52,491 nt of DNA. It comes from Chloroflexota bacterium (GTDB lineage Bacteria > Chloroflexota > Limnocylindria > Limnocylindrales > CSP1-4). Position 1 is the first letter of the stretch, and every line of letters begins with the position of its first letter. A program made the position numbers and the translations under genes. The notes beneath the pieces are model-generated. The model was not told where the DNA came from. It saw nothing but the letters and a program-made list of their open reading frames with translations, and did no database searches. Shown piece by piece: positions 51,773-52,491 of the stretch. Location of the stretch: the NCBI GenBank assembly GCA_025358525.1, contig JANYJI010000185.1, forward strand, positions 1 to 52,491, in the 5' to 3' direction.

Positions 51773-52110
51773 CCCAATTGAGCGAGGGGCGAAGCTCAAC
51801 CGGGCGCGGCAAGTCGGCAGCGGCCCGCCTCGCCTGGCACAATCGGCCGTGGAGGCCGATGCGTGCTGAAGTACTTCGAGACCCGCACTCGAATCATCGT
51901 TCTGGTCGCAGTCGTGGCGAGACTGGCCACATTGCTACGCGTTGCGGCGGCAAGCGAGGTGGCAATCTCGCCGTTTCGGTCGTGGCTCTTGCTGGCTGTA
52001 CGTCATCCTGGCGGCAAGTGTCTGGTGGGGCCAGCCGATCGGGGCCTGAGCGTTGGCTGAAAGCCGTCGGCTAAACTGGGCCGGCTGCCACCTTGTCTGG
52101 AAGTCGATCT

Positions 52111-52491
52111 GTGAAGCCAAGCGCGCGCCCGGACGAACTGAATAGGGCCACCGACCCGGGCGCCGCGGATCCGGAGGAGAGGCCAGGCTCGCACCGGGAC
52201 AGACGCATCGACGACCTGACGAACCTGTTTGGCCGACCGATCGCCCGCCTTGCCGGCCTGATGGGTCGCCTCGTTCGAACTCGGTCGCGCGCCGACACAT
52301 TCGGCCTTCTGGTGGCCTGGTTCCTCCTCCTAGCGATCGGCGTCCAGGTAGCGGCCGTCGTCATCGACAACCTGCGCGTCAACTGGTGGTCGGCCTACGA
52401 CACCAACGCCTACTGGCTGGCGGCCAGGCATGTCGTCGGCGGTCAGCCGCTCTACGCTCAGGCTGAGATTTGGACTGCCGGCGCGTTCAAA
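52111..52491 (+). CDS. membrane protein N-terminus, GT87/DUF2029-like glycosyltransferase candidate; runs off the right edge
   Basis: Absent from the track (open at the window end). My translation from GTG 52111: VKPSARPDELNRATDPG...MGRLVRTRSRADTFGLLVAWFLLLAIGVQVAAVVIDNLRVNWWSAYDTNAYWLAARHVVGGQPLYAQAEIWTAGAFK. ATG 52261 is an alternative start. The family call is tentative. Confidence 0.45.
   Translation, partial: MKPSARPDELNRATDPGAADPEERPGSHRDRRIDDLTNLFGRPIARLAGLMGRLVRTRSRADTFGLLVAWFLLLAIGVQVAAVVIDNLRVNWWSAYDTNAYWLAARHVVGGQPLYAQAEIWTAGAFK

Noticed and set aside
51863-52060. 65-aa ORF (MLKYFETRTRIIVLVAVVARLATLLRV...) in the 338-nt gap before the terminal membrane-protein gene
   Set aside because: It resembles the first TM helix of a glycosyltransferase, but it is short, has a GTG start without an SD, and has weaker third-position GC. 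It could be a gene fragment. Not called.
1-52491. Canonical parS (TGTTTCACGTGAAACA), IS elements, integrases and prophage genes
   Set aside because: I scanned by eye for CACGTG-centred palindromes, transposase/integrase-like ORFs and terminal inverted repeats and found none. A visual scan of 52 kb is not exhaustive.

Overview
High-GC (about two-thirds G+C by eye, not computed) bacterial chromosomal segment, densely coded. Gene content suggests an Actinomycetota/Chloroflexota-like organism.

Layout, left to right:
- 1-2400: partial iorA, tRNA-Val(CAC) followed by a GC-rich tandem motif array, and a DUF167 gene.
- 2457-20642: a long minus-strand division/cell-wall (dcw) cluster. Transcription order is mraZ, rsmH, 66-aa ORF, ftsL, ftsI, murF, mraY, murD, ftsW, murG, murB, ddl, ftsQ, ftsA, yjbQ, ftsZ, yggS. 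murE and murC are absent. MraZ-box repeats lie upstream.
- 20800-25080: a muconolactone-isomerase-like gene with an apparent frameshift, a ligand-degenerate hemerythrin-like gene, a methyl-accepting chemotaxis protein (MCP), and a LysM membrane protein.
- 25348-27522: RNase P RNA (masked by spurious ORFs in the track), a GNAT gene, a truncated PPK2 remnant and RNase HI.
- 27414-37220: a TCA/propionate block with sdhCDAB, icd, sucCD, methylmalonyl-CoA epimerase and the mutase large subunit.
- 37284-39506: a structured intergenic region followed by parA-parB. It holds a 24-bp perfect palindrome that recurs inside parB, and an inverted pair of consensus DnaA boxes.
- 39640-52491: an accessory-looking right third.
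  - UbiA-family gene, 121-aa ORF and plsC.
  - wHTH-MNT/HEPN pair behind an array of eight alternating half-sites.
  - tag, a lipoprotein hydrolase and apbE.
  - PPOX-like gene translationally coupled to a PPOX-like::MenA-like fusion.
  - Cys-rich protein coupled to a small membrane ORF.
  - DUF3090/SCO1664-type pair and a partial membrane glycosyltransferase-like gene.

No rRNA, CRISPR array, transposase or integrase was seen. Many long ORFs in the track are antisense shadow ORFs typical of high-GC DNA and were rejected.
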